Of a stretch of 64,000 bases of DNA, positions 12,831-25,456 are shown piece by piece (the stretch's first letter is position 1; each line of letters begins with the position of its first letter). The notes beneath the pieces were generated by a model, which saw only the letters and a program-made list of their open reading frames with translations, was not told where the DNA came from and ran no database searches. This stretch comes from Octopus sinensis (lineage: Eukaryota). The stretch spans positions 49,042,001-49,106,000 of the forward strand of contig NC_043005.1 of NCBI RefSeq assembly GCF_006345805.1. Reading direction: 5' to 3'. Made by a program: the position numbers and the translations under genes.

Positions 12831-13760
12831 AAATTTCGTGCCATGCAGCCACACCTGCGGCTCTATTTTACTATTTAGTCTTTTCCCCTATAAGTTCTCT
12901 ATTTCTGTTCTGGCGAGCTAGATTTTGCCTGTTATTTATATGGGGTTGATAAAATATTCAGTAACCTTGTGTTACGATCGATTCAACTTGCTGTTACGTG
13001 ATCTACTCAAGCTACTCTTTAATAGGTTTCATGTATTCTAATGAGATACTGGCTCAATGGAAACATTTTCAGCATTTTCGTCAGAAAACGAATGTACTGG
13101 CTTCTACTCAACCTCTTGACTTCCTCGCATCTGCTGTCATGAAAATTGGTACAAATAGAGCCTAAACTGTAGAAATAAACTGTCCTTTCGAGATAAAATA
13201 CAATCCACACAGAAAAGAGCAGTTCATGATTGTAGGTGACAGAGGCGCTGATCTTTGCTGAAATGCTTTACTCAAGTGCTTAACCTTGCCTTCTTGAATC
13301 TGGTACGGTTAGAACTGGTAAGAAAAGAACGAAAACTATAAAAACGTCAACCGTTCCGTCTGGATGGAGCATGATCCGCAAAGAGAACTTAAATTCATTG
13401 CTGAAGGCACAGGAACAGAGACTGAAACTATCATATGTTTTTCATAGTTTAAGTCAGGAAGAAGAAAATATTCACATGAGCCTCACAGATCCTCTGAAAC
13501 AGATTAGATTGATACAGACTATGTTCTGCTTGAACCGGTGTAAGTCGACGTCTACGGGGGAAAAGAACGTAGGCAGAAAGATAATTTCAGAGTGTTGGTT
13601 TTTCTTGGAAATAAAGGGGTGGGCATAATGGTTAATGTTTGACAAATATTTGATGAACAGAATGAGCGACGACAGAAGAAAAAAAAGAGAGAGAGAGATG
13701 TTTGATGAATGGGCTAAGGAGGAAGAAGTGTGTTAGTTCAAACGAACAGAGACTTTTGTA

Positions 13761-14989
13761 TTAGGTTGTCAAGCATGAAATTTGTAGTAAGGTATATGGT
13801 AAACTTAAACAGCTGCTCATTTTGCACCATTATATTTTGACAATCTTTATATTTTGCTAGAAAGCTGACGCATTTATTTCTTTATTCTAACTCATTTTGC
13901 ACTTTATAAAGTATTTATAAATCTTTTTTTTTTTTTGCTATTTTTGTTTAGAGATGGATAAGTCGAAAATATGAGTTTTTCTTGGAAATACAGCATCACA
14001 GACAGCTCTGGATATTCATGGAGTATTTCATTCTAATGTTATTACACAGCAGACAGTATCAAATTGGTTTGCAAAATTTCGTTCTGGTAACTTTGACCTC
14101 ACAAATGAGCAACACGGTCGACCAGAAACAAAGGTGGATAATGACAAACTGAAAGCCACCGTCGAGTCGGGTCCATCTCAAAGTGCCCGTGAATTATCAT
14201 TATCGTTTAGGTGTTAACAAGCGAGCAATATTCATTCACCTAGTTCAAATCGATAAAGTGAAAAAGTTGGGTAAGGGGGTTCCACATGAACTCAATAAAA
14301 ATCAGAAACGTTTTGGGAGCCTGCATTATGCTACTTTCTCGTCACAAAAATGAATCATTTTTTAATCGAATTGTAACATGTAAAGATAAATGGATCCAAT
14401 ACAACAACCGTAAACGTTCAGCACAATGGTTGGACAAAGACGAGCCACTAAAACACAGTCCAAAAAGCAAAATTCATCAAAATTCAGCTGATGGTGTGTG
14501 TTTAGTGGTCTGGCGCAGGTGTGATCCATTATGATTTCATTAAACCTGGCTCATCAATCATGACCGAAGTATACTGCAGCCAACTGGTCCGAATGATGCA
14601 GAAACTAGATTAGTTAACAGATCCACTCCTATTTTGTTGCAAGACAACACCAGACATCGCAAAAATGACATTGGTGAAACTACAGGTGTTGGAGTTGGAA
14701 GTTCTCCATCATCCACCATACTCACCTAATCTTACCCCCACTGACTACCACTTCTTCAAGAATTTGGATAATTTTTTGATAGGAAAAGATTCAATTCTGA
14801 CGATGTTGTAAAACAGGCCTACCAAGATGTTATTGACTCTACATTGCCAAGCTGGACAAGCTACCGTTGAAATGGTAGAAGTGTATTGACAATATGGGTG
14901 CATATTTTGATGAATAAAACTATTCCTTGTATTTATAAAACATTAGCAAACTTTTTTCTTTTCTACAAATTTCATACTTGACGGCCTAA
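13761..14989 (+). mobile_element. Mariner (DD34D) transposon, full length, decayed
   Basis: TA-flanked TIRs TTAGGTTGTCAAGCATGAAA / TTTCATACTTGACGGCCTAA. MDKSKI start near 13953; WVPHEL-like GVPHEL; VTCKDKWIQYNN; LQDN; HPPYSPNLTPTDYHFF. Confidence 0.92.
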
Positions 14990-15406
14990 TAGTAGCGCTC
15001 AAAAATCAGGTTGAAGAGACTATAGAATAAAGGTTGGAGTGTGTTGGTGAGTGAGTTTTTTACCGATGTTGATAACTCGGTCATCGTTTCAGATTATGAT
15101 TTAACTCACTGACACATTTGTGTCGTTTGGATACCAGCGAACCGGTTTCTATACAGACTCCGAAGCGATAGGCGGGGTTCATTATATTTCTCTACCCACT
15201 TCAAGTATAAAATGTTAGCAAAGAGACCTTAAGCAATACATCTCCTTTATCTCGGAAGCATCTTATCAGGAGCCGGTCTTATTAAACAGGATATTCTAAA
15301 ATAGAACCAATAAAACATCTGTAGCATATATAGGGGAGTTTTCATGTTATAACCTTCACTTCGGCGTAAGGTTGTGTACTGAGTTAGTCTACTTTCAACA
15401 ATTATA

Positions 15407-15536
15407 CAGGGATGGGCAAAAGAGGGTATACAGTTACTTAATATTAGTGAAATATTCTTTTCATTTGTCCATTTCATTTCAGGATAAGAATTCCGTTCAT
15501 ATTAAGCAGCTATAAACCTACATTTGCCCACCCCTG
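15407..15536. mobile_element. Tc1/mariner-type MITE (130 bp)
   Basis: TA|CAGGGATGGGCAAA ... TTTGCCCACCCCTG|TA. Confidence 0.8.
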
Positions 15537-15809
15537 TATATACTTCAGGAGGCTAAACATGAATATTGGGAGAATAAATATTCGCTATTATGTATGTATA
15601 AGCATGACTATAGGGGCACAAGCACAGTTGTCTGAATCAGAAGTAGGCATTGCAACTACGTCATTATGAGTTCGCTCCAACCACACGGCTTCCTGCGGTG
15701 TTGTCTTTTACTATAGCCTTTGTCGATACCTGTTGGTCGATACCTTGTACGTGAAATATGGTAGATGAGAACTATGCAGAAGCCCATCATGTGTGGATAG
15801 AGAGAGAGA

Positions 15810-15850
15810 GAGAGACAGAGACAGACAGACAGACAAACAGACAGACAGGC

Positions 15851-15940
<90 letters not shown>

Positions 15941-16066
15941 AGAGTGATATAGATGAAGAGAGGGAGAGAGTTTGATAGGTGGATGGATAGCCAGATAAAT
16001 AGAGAGAGAGAGATGGATTGAGAGAGGAGGAGATAGAGACAGATGGAGAGAGAGAGAGAGAATGAG

Positions 16067-16101
<35 letters not shown>

Positions 16102-16145
16102 GACAGACAGACAGACAGACAAACAGGTAGGCAGGCAGGCAGACA
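15810..16145. repeat. (GA)n/(GACA)n/(GATA)n/(GAAA)n compound microsatellite
   Basis: Direct reading. Confidence 0.95.
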
Positions 16146-16368
16146 GATGTATGTCTGGGCAAGAAAACTTTAAAATCTACGTTTTCGAATAGATATCAGT
16201 GTGATATTTCTTATCAGTGTTGTCAATAGAAATGCTATGAACCACTCATTGTTTCTCACCTTTCCAAACAGCTAATGTATATCCAACGTCACACTGACTT
16301 ACTTTTGATATATAGCGTATAGGCCAAATATCAAACGGTTTCGCAACCATTCAACTAGTTGTAGCTAA

Positions 16369-16979
16369 ACATACATACATACATACATACATACATACAT
16401 ACATGCACGCACGCACGTATGCACGTACGCACGTATCATGCACGCACACACATGCATACATACATACATACATACATACATACATACATACATACATACA
16501 TACACGCACGCACGTATGCACGTACGCACGTATCATGCACGCACACACATGCATACATACATACATACATACATACATACATACATACATACATGCACGC
16601 ACGCACGTACGCACGTATACACGCACGCACACACACATACATATATACATACATACACACATACATGCATACATACATACATACATACATACATACATAC
16701 ATACATACATACATACATACATGCACGCACGCTCGCACGTATGCACGTACTCACGTATACACGCACGCACGCACACACATACATACATACATACATACAT
16801 GCACGTACGCACGTATTCACGCACGCACACACACACACATACATACATACATACATACATACATACATACATACACATACACATATACATACATACATAC
16901 ATACACACACACATACATACATACATACATACATACATACATACATACATACACACACACCACACACACATCCATACAC

Positions 16980-17011
<32 letters not shown>

Positions 17012-17058
17012 ACATACATACATACATACATACATACATACATACATACATACATACA
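16369..17058. repeat. (CATA)n array with a higher-order CACG-rich cassette
   Basis: CATGCACGCACGCACGTATGCACGTACGCACGTA-type cassette recurs about five times between (CATA)n runs. Confidence 0.9.
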
Positions 17059-17484
17059 TCTGGAACTATTCAAATCCGCAAGAACCTCTTAAGATTTAAG
17101 GGATGATGCAAAAAGCATGGTGCTTTCCTTCATAACCTTGCTACCAAGTAGGTGGCCGGTCAGAGTTTATTCTGAATTAAAAAGTAAAAGAAAACAATAA
17201 CTTCACATCTATTATTACTGGAGCAAGAGGATACATACCAACTTGTCTGGGGCAAAGTACGGCTGAACTTGGGTTTTTAGGGAGAGAGCGCAAATCCTTA
17301 ATTCATACTCTACAAATGAGCATGATAGTAGAGATGATAAAAATCTGCAAGACCTTATTAAGATTTAAAGAGTGATGAGCAAAACAAGATACTTTGCTTC
17401 GCTACCTTGCTACCAAGTAGGTGGCCGGTTAAAATTTGCCCTACACTAAAAAGGGAAAGAGAAATATATGCATAAATACATTCC

Positions 17485-18135
17485 ATACATACATACATAC
17501 ATACATACATACATACATACATACATACATACATACATGATGGCTGCCTCCTCGTTATCGAGTATGGCCATTGCACGAAGCTTAACTGTTATTGGTGCTG
17601 TGATCGAATGTGACTTTTTAGCTCAGTTAAAGATCTACAATATCTTGTACAAAATTGGCAGCTAAAACCTTTACCGGTAATAGCCGGCTGTAGTTGTAAC
17701 TGGGCTTCATGTACCTTTACATGTCGTTTAAGTCCTCCTGCCGAATTACACTCTCTTCCACATGCCTGACAGATATGATTAGTATGGTGTGTAACACCAC
17801 CACCAATGGCCAGGTTGTCACTCATCTGTCTCGCTTTATGACTACGAAGATGACTCTTGAGTCCAGCTTTACTGAGGCAGGGTCTTGCACAGACACTGCA
17901 TGTCAGCATCATAGGAAGACCCTTCCCATCTGGAAGTGTAACAGCGATGCCCTTCCTGATATCCCTCCTTACTTTCTCATGCGCAACTCGAGATTTCTCA
18001 AAAGTAGCTGTCCCCTCGTGCACAATCCTTCTCCATCTGCTACGATCAATAGCTATGCCTTCTCATGTGTCAGGAGAGATGCCAGCATCTCTTAAGGAAG
18101 CCTTCAACTAGTCCTTATACCTCTTTTTTTCCCCT
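17485..18135 (-). mobile_element. 3' fragment of an RTE-clade LINE with three C-terminal C2H2 zinc fingers
   Basis: KKRYKD*LKASLRDAGISPDT*EGIAIDRSRWRRIVHEGTATFE (RTE C-terminal motif), then three C-x2-C-x12-H-x3/4-H fingers, a short 3' UTR ending GCAGCCATCAT and an (ATGT)n tail. Confidence 0.85.
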
Positions 18136-18699
18136 TATATACATACATACATACATACATACATACATACATACATACATACATACATGCATACCTACAT
18201 GCATACATACATACATACATACATACATACATACATACATACATACATACATACATACATACGTACAAACATACATCTGGAACTATTCAAATCTCTGTGT
18301 GTGTGTATACAAATAGCTAAGTTTGTATGTATATATGTATACATGCACGTGTACAAGCATGTTTATATGCTCTCTCTCTCTCTTTTATTATTTGAATTAT
18401 TCCTTTAAAGAAGAAATTGGTTTCTAAGAAAAAAAAAGAAACAGAACTCCACCATTAAAATCTTGACAGCAGTGGAGCCATATGCTTAATATATTATGCA
18501 TATATGTATACACACACACACACACACACACAAGTATTTATATATTTGCTTCGTGGTTGCAGTTGCACTGTTTATTTTGACTTGACATCTGCATAAATAA
18601 CAAGCTTCTGAAGAAAGAATATTTTGAAAAATAATTATAGAAAATGTGATCACGTTGTAATGTCAGAAGTCATTCTTTAAGATATATTTCTAAAGCTAT

Positions 18700-19090
18700 G
18701 AACGACAAAGCAAGGCAACTGTGTGGATTGGAACATTCCACTTTCCTGAATGCATGTCAGGAAATGATCTCTCACGGTAGAGATTCAGAGAAAGATATAA
18801 GCATAGGATGATCCTACCACAACATTATAGACATTTCGGATTTGGACCATAACACGAACCAACGGGTTCTCGACACTATGCCTCATCATATTGCTTCGAG
18901 TGATGGTTTCCTCACAACGGTGAAGAAAAGAAATCTGAAATGGTATGGACCTTATAACAAGATCCAATAGGCTAGCAAAGACCATTTTTCTAAAAACTAA
19001 AAACCGTGGAAGGAGAAAAGAGAAAATGCGGACAGGGGGAAAATAGACAAACAACAAAGAATGAACGAACAAATCGTTAGCATAGACCCC
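18700..19090 (+). mobile_element. Highly decayed RTE-like LINE 3' fragment
   Basis: Frame-hopping translation gives FLTTVKKRNLKWYG, TRSNRLAKTIF and VEGE, matching the RTE-family C-terminal region. Confidence 0.6.
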
Positions 19091-19149
19091 GACCTCTAAC
19101 ACACAACTGTTCAGTATTAATCTGATCCTGTATTAAACCCGAAACCTTT

Positions 19150-19450
19150 TAGCCAGCCATTATAAGGGCGTTATTGAGTACTATATGGGATATTCATGGG
19201 TAGTAATTCTCGATGTCAAACTGCAGGAACGAGATATTGTTCTTACCGTAATTTTTTTCAAATAAGTGTATCCTATACACTCGCATAAACTCAGGCTCAC
19301 ATGTTCCTAAGTCTGTGGAAGTGTACAGCAAGTTTCCCTTTCTAAAATACTTTTACTAAACAGCTGATATTTGATTGTGATGGGTAGCTGAACCAAATAG
19401 AAGGGCTACAGGTAGTCTGGATAATGATATTTTATACTGTTAGCTCGAAC
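19150..19450 (-). mobile_element. Decayed Penelope-like RT fragment, Naiad-like motif
   Basis: SFLQFDIENYYP*ISHIVLNNAL at about 19165-19235, preceded by PSQSNI and FSKSILER. Confidence 0.55.
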
Positions 19451-20468
19451 ACTAATTTCTTTCCAGATGTAGACAGTCTAGAGCTGATGAAGTTGACGTG
19501 GCTTAGAGATCTTCGAATCCCGCCAAGGTTACCGATTTTGTAGATCTATAACTATTCTACTAATTAAGGGGGAATTTTTCAACCCAGGCGGGAGGACTCG
19601 ATAAGGATGACGCTCTCCGAAGCACTTCTAGATAAAAAGCACAACAAAAGGAATATTTTTCTAGATATTACATTAGATCTAGACCAAGTATTATATTATC
19701 TGTACCACAAGCATCCATTATGTTCATAGATAATCATGACATCTTAGGTATATTGTTGATCAATTACTTAGCAATAGCTTGATTAGAGTTTCAAACCTCT
19801 CCGCCAACGAAGGGATTTTCTGATATAATGTGGAGTACTAAAATGAAAGTCTTAAACGAACCAAATACAAGGACAGAAATAAGTTTATACCTGACACCAA
19901 GATTAAACTGGCCTTGAAAAGCTGTAGAGGTACGGGGCATTTTAACAGCACCAGTGGTGGGAATTTATCGGGTGTTTGCCTACCCAGCACGAGTGGAATG
20001 TCCTCAGGACCCATGACCAACCCCAGTGGGTCACATAGGACACCAGCTCATTATGACAAGGGTGTGATACGCAGACCTCCTGACCCACTGCTTACACCGG
20101 ATAGATGTTTCGTAGGAAGACTGGGAGGATACGGAATGCGACTCCGAACCTGTAACCGGGCCATGTGAATATCAAACCGAGGACCTCTGACCGGCTCATT
20201 GAGTGAGAAACCTACCCCTGTAGTAAACAGAGGAAGATAAGACGACCGGTAATTTGGTATGGCCTACCTCTCTCATCTAGTTTCAAAACAAACGTTTTCA
20301 AAATCTTTTTACTGAACCTCAATAAAGCCTTTTCCCTGCAGCACTTTCAATAGGGATACTATTAAGTTATCCAACTCCACCACATAAACGTGGTTTGTAT
20401 TATAGATGTTTCAAATAAGTTTAAACTCGCTAAATATAATGCGTGAACTTGCATCTAAGAAACAGTGC

Positions 20469-20504
<36 letters not shown>

Positions 20505-21463
20505 ACGATACCAAAAAATATATGTCTGTTAGGTCTCAGGTATATACACGCCTTCTAAATAGATAATGCTGAAATCAATTTGACTTTACTGTGCGTATAC
20601 TGTTAAACTTTTGTTTTAATATCCTTTTCGTTTACAATACCAAAAAAGTTTCAATGTTTGAATATATATAAGATTTTATCCCCTTTACATTAATTTACAT
20701 TGTTCACATGTAGTTTGTTTACATTTTAAACTTGCGCATATTTAATTCAATAGTTTTAATACACATAGGATTTCCCCAAACGTTCATTCAGTTTCCTAAA
20801 TATATTTTCACAGAATGATTCCCTCATGAGAGTTTATATATTCGTATAATTATCACTTTTACACAAATATTTCAAATATATTTACAATTTAGTCTCATGC
20901 ATATTGTGTTTAATTTTAATACTATACACGGTTTTTCCCCAGACAAGCGTATTTCTCCACATGCATTTGTATATTGTTCTCAAACACCATCCAGCTCCTA
21001 TCTTTTCATTTATGGCTTATTTTTAATAAATAGAGGGTTTAACGAATGAAATCCAGTGTGTGCTTTCAGCACTCAATCGAAACTCTTTATTATTTTTTAA
21101 AACTTATTACATGTTCAATTATATATAGAAAGGATGGATTTTTTTCTTCTTTTCATCTCTATTGTCAGAAATCGGAGCCATGAGACTCGATGGAACAATG
21201 TACATAAAAGCTTTAAAATGTATTTTCTAAAGCAAATAAACTCGAAAAACTCCAAATTCAACCGAAGATTTGTAAAGCATTCCAAAGATTCTAAATTTGA
21301 GTTCCCTGAATAGAACATGTGCATACTAACATAAGTGTGCATATGATATACATACATACGCCCTGAGTTCATGGGCTAAAGTAATTTACATACATACATA
21401 CATACATAATACATACATACATACATACATACATACATACATACGTGTGTGTTTGTGTGTGTA

Positions 21464-22100
21464 CTAGCTGAGTACCCCGTCCTTGCCGGGTAATTTTCAC
21501 AATAAAATGCCTTGACAGACTTTCCGAGTAGCACACCCATATAAATTGGACTTTCTCCGTTTTAACAGAGATTTGGGCATTTTTTTTTTTCCACTATACC
21601 CTTGCAAATGATAGGGGGGAAGCTTTTCATGAAAAAAACTTTTGAAAATTTATGAATCCCTCCCCTTCACACTTCCGGACAAATTTTGTCTTTTTGTATT
21701 TTTTTGCACTACTCACTTTCGGTGAAAAAAAGTTTTCTTTTCAAATATTTTTCCCTTACTAAATACCAATTTTAGACAATCTTTTTTTTTTTTTTTCTGC
21801 ACTACGCACTTGAAAACGACGAGAGAAGCTTCCAAGGTTTAAAAAAAAAAATGAAAAAAAAAAATGGATATGGCGATCACCTTCAGAATCCGCACTCACT
21901 TTATTTTCAATTAGAAAACGAAATGTAATTTCAATACAATAGAGAAATCTTTTTTTTTTATTTGTTCATTAACCCCGCCCCTTCATAAATCCTAAAAATT
22001 GGGCTTTTTTCTTTTTCTTTTTAATCATAGTTTTAAAATACAGACAGTCTGAATCTGCGATTTGCTTCTGTTTCTAATTTTAAAATAATTTTCAGGCGAA
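21464..22100 (-). mobile_element. Helitron 3' end; 5' boundary not found
   Basis: Minus strand CCCG-GCAAGGA-CGGG hairpin, short spacer, CTAG|T at 21467-21463. Same geometry as the 136-531 element. Confidence 0.55.
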
Positions 22101-22449
22101 AATGTGTGTGATTTAAGGGAGATTTAGCAATTGTTTCTAGTACATCTCTCGATCACCTGCTACCTCACTCGTTTCTTTGTCGCTCTGGCATGTATTGATG
22201 TTTTTCAATATTTTTTCAATATTTCTCCCCATAAACACATTTTCTGGAATGCGGTGATCCATTGCTGGTATGCAAGCAACAACAGCAAAAAAATTTGTAA
22301 TTTAAATTTTTAATCTCCCACCTCGCATGAAGCAAGTCTGTGGTTGGTGACTGTAAGGAAAAACATATTTACTAGCAAAAAAGTATGCTAATAAAATATA
22401 TTATCATTTACATACCGTTTTTAAATCACTCCATCGCCCTAATGAAATT

Positions 22450-22497
<48 letters not shown>

Positions 22498-22530
22498 ACA
22501 CACACACACACTCGCCGTGAGCGATATACT

Positions 22531-22532
<2 letters not shown>

Positions 22533-22586
<54 letters not shown>

Positions 22587-23030
22587 AATTATTGTATACA
22601 GTGCTCAGGTGCATCACAACTTGTCAAAAAGTGCGTATAAAGTATATGCAGTAATGTACAAATGTCTGGAAAGCGAACAGTGTACGAGTCAGATACATGC
22701 TTGCGTGTGTATGGAAGGGAGAAAATCAGGTGTAGTGTTGGCGAATCTCAGGAAGCATGGAAGTTTTGAAGGATGCAGCACTCCAACAACTAACAACTGA
22801 TGCCGGCAGTTTGTTCCATGCTTCAGCAACTCTCAGCGTGAAAAAATGTTTCCGAAAGTCATGGGAGCTGTGCTGTTTTCTGACTTTGTAAATATGTCCA
22901 CGGGTGTTAGACAGGTGGAGTTTGAAAAGTTGCTCAGAGTTATTGTTTGTAAGATGGTTAATAATTGTTAATAAAGTGAGAGAGTGTGTGGTAAAAATGT
23001 ATACAGAAGGAGAAAATTTACCATGTGAAA
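22533..23030 (-). mobile_element. CR1-clade LINE 3' end with (TTA)n tail
   Basis: SNTRGHIYKVRKQHSSHDFRKHFFTLRVAEAWNKLPASVVSC..AASFKTSM, then a 3' UTR and an (ATT)n run at 22533-22583. Confidence 0.85.
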
Positions 23031-23384
23031 ATCGAAAACTTAAAGAGACAAAAGAGGTTGGGGAGAAAGATTTTGAAATAAATTCGACCCTACACTCGAC
23101 AAGTGTTTTAGTCTATCTCGGGAGTGAAAGGTAAACTTGACCTCAGCAAGATTTGATCTCAGAAATATAACAGTCAAAAGAAATACCATAAGACATTCTG
23201 TTCGACGTTCTAACGATTCGAGTAATTCTTTTCTTTATGATTACCACCAGGACTCATCCAGTCTAATTTCTTTATCATTGACAACTTGACCCTTTCATAC
23301 ATAAAATAGAAAGTTAGGGGGTTACAAAATGTATCCAGACTGACATAGATAGGAAGGCGAGCGGTTCATATATGACAGTCAAGG

Positions 23385-23591
23385 CGAGCTGGCAGAAACG
23401 TTAGCACGCCGGGCGAAATGCGTTGCCGTATTTCGTCTGCCGTTACGTTCCGAGTTCAAATTCCGCCGAGGTCGACTTTCATCCTTCCGAGGTCGATAAA
23501 TTAAGTACCAGTTACGCACTGGGGTCGATGTAATCGACTTAATCCGTTTGTCTGTCCTCTGTGTTTAGCCCCTTGTGGGTAGTAAAGAAAT
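23385..23591 (+). mobile_element. tRNA-derived SINE family A (Octopus OK-like) with a 17 bp TSD
   Basis: Head GGCGAGCTGGCAGAAACGTTAG, B-box GAGTTCAAATTCC, tail GGGTAGTAAAGAAAT. TSD ATATATGACAGTCAAGG at 23368-23384 and 23592-23608. Confidence 0.9.
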
Positions 23592-24704
23592 ATATATGAC
23601 AGTCAAGGACTGAAATGAAAAAGTCCAGTGTACAGAGAAAAGCAGTTTGATTCTTTCCGAGCAAAATATCCAATGGGAATCAGTCGGAAAATTGTCGAAG
23701 TATAATGGTTTGATATTGAAATAAGTAACATGTAGAAAGTCAACAGGGTGTGGAAAATCAATGGGATATGGAAAATAAGCAAGGTGAAGTAAGCAGGATG
23801 TAAGAAATGGAAACAATGCTAATAATAATTGGAACACTATGTATAAAAAAAAGTAATATATATGAACAAAAGCATAATACTTATTAGAGTGGTGACAAAT
23901 CACTCAGTCAACAAAACAGTTCTGCTAGACACAGCCTTTGTCTTACACAAGCTAAGTTCAACTCAATAATAGCACAACTCACACAGCACACTCTCTGCAC
24001 ATAACATATAACCTATGTTATCATCACACAATAAAATAAAAACTCATTACATATAACTCAATACACACACACACACACACACACATACACGTGATACGCA
24101 TATATGCACACAATCCACACATACACACACACAATGCACACAATATACATACATACACACACAATGCACACACACACACACACAATGTACACACAATACA
24201 CACAAGCACCACACTAACGATACACACATACACTCACACAATACACATGCACACATAAACACATACAATATACACACACAATACATATATACATACATAC
24301 ACACTCACAAAACACACACAAAAACACATAAACACATACAAATTAGACACACATAATACACACACACCCAATCCACACATACACATACTACTGAATGACC
24401 GCCCAAAATTATGACAACGCGCTGTACACAATCAACACCCAATGAAAAACATATTACGTACTCTCACCTAATCGATAACCGATACTATATCACCAACAAT
24501 ACACACTACAACCGTTTCAACGTAGTTGCCATTCATTAATATTAAACAAGCCACACAGCACAAACTCCACCAAGTCATTGTTCAACACAGCACCATTCAT
24601 AGCACTAAACATATAGCACCATTCCCGCAGCACATACGAAACACGAACACTGACCAACAAAATGACTCAACTCACATACCATATATTCTGTACGAAAGAT
24701 GATA

Positions 24705-25116
24705 TACTCTTTTACTCTTTTACTTGTTTCAGTCATTTGACTGCGGCCATGCTGGAGCACCGCCTTTAGTCGAGCAAATCGACCCCGGGACTTATTCTTT
24801 GTAAGCCCAGTACTTATTCTATCGGTGTCTGTTGCCGAACCGCTAAGTGACGGGGATGTAAACACACCAGCATCGGTTGTCAAGCAATGCTAGGGGGACA
24901 AATACAGACACACAAACATATACACACATACATATATATATATATACACATATACGACAGGCTTCTTTCAGCTTCCGTCTACCAAATCCACTCACAAGGC
25001 ATTGGTCGACCCGAGGCTATAGCAGAAGACACTTGCCCAAGATGCCACGCAGTGGGACTGAACCCGGAGCCATGTGGTTGGTAAGCAAGCTACTTACCAC
25101 ACAGCCACTCCTGCGC
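24705..25116 (-). mobile_element. SINE family B, full length
   Basis: Reverse complement of the family B consensus, with (TACTCTTT) tail. Confidence 0.88.
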
Positions 25117-25193
25117 ATATAAGTAAAATGACTACAGAAACTATAAAGTGAGCCACACAACGAAAGAAAACTGATGCCGTATATAAATACAAT

Positions 25194-25380
25194 AGGCACG
25201 GGCGCCGATTGTGTAGTAAGAAGCTTGCTTCCCTACCACATGGTTCCGGGTTCAGTCCCATTGCGTAGCAGCTTGGGAAGGTGTCTTCTGCTATAGCCCC
25301 GAGTTGACCAAAGCCTTGTGAGTGAATTTGGTAGACAGAAACTGAAAGAAGCCCGTCGTATACATGTGTTTTTGTGTGAG

Positions 25381-25456
<76 letters not shown>

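Larger units (their letters stand above)
10826..13642 (+). pseudogene. Decayed multi-exon protein-coding gene of unknown family
   Basis: Protein-like frames with scattered stops and frameshifts at about 10826-11224, 11297-11480, 11625-11730 + 12151-12419 and 13026-13642. Removing SINE 11731-12150 rejoins WFTY|GDIPESKY in frame. Phase-1 intron GT12420..AG13025 joins SSEDI-G-FMYSNEILAQW. Confidence 0.6.

Noticed and set aside
20700-20970. Possible C2H2-ZNF relic (SGEKP at about 20929-20943; MRESFCENIF)
   Set aside because: No C-x2-C…H-x3-H finger is readable, and a single linker-like pentapeptide can arise by chance.
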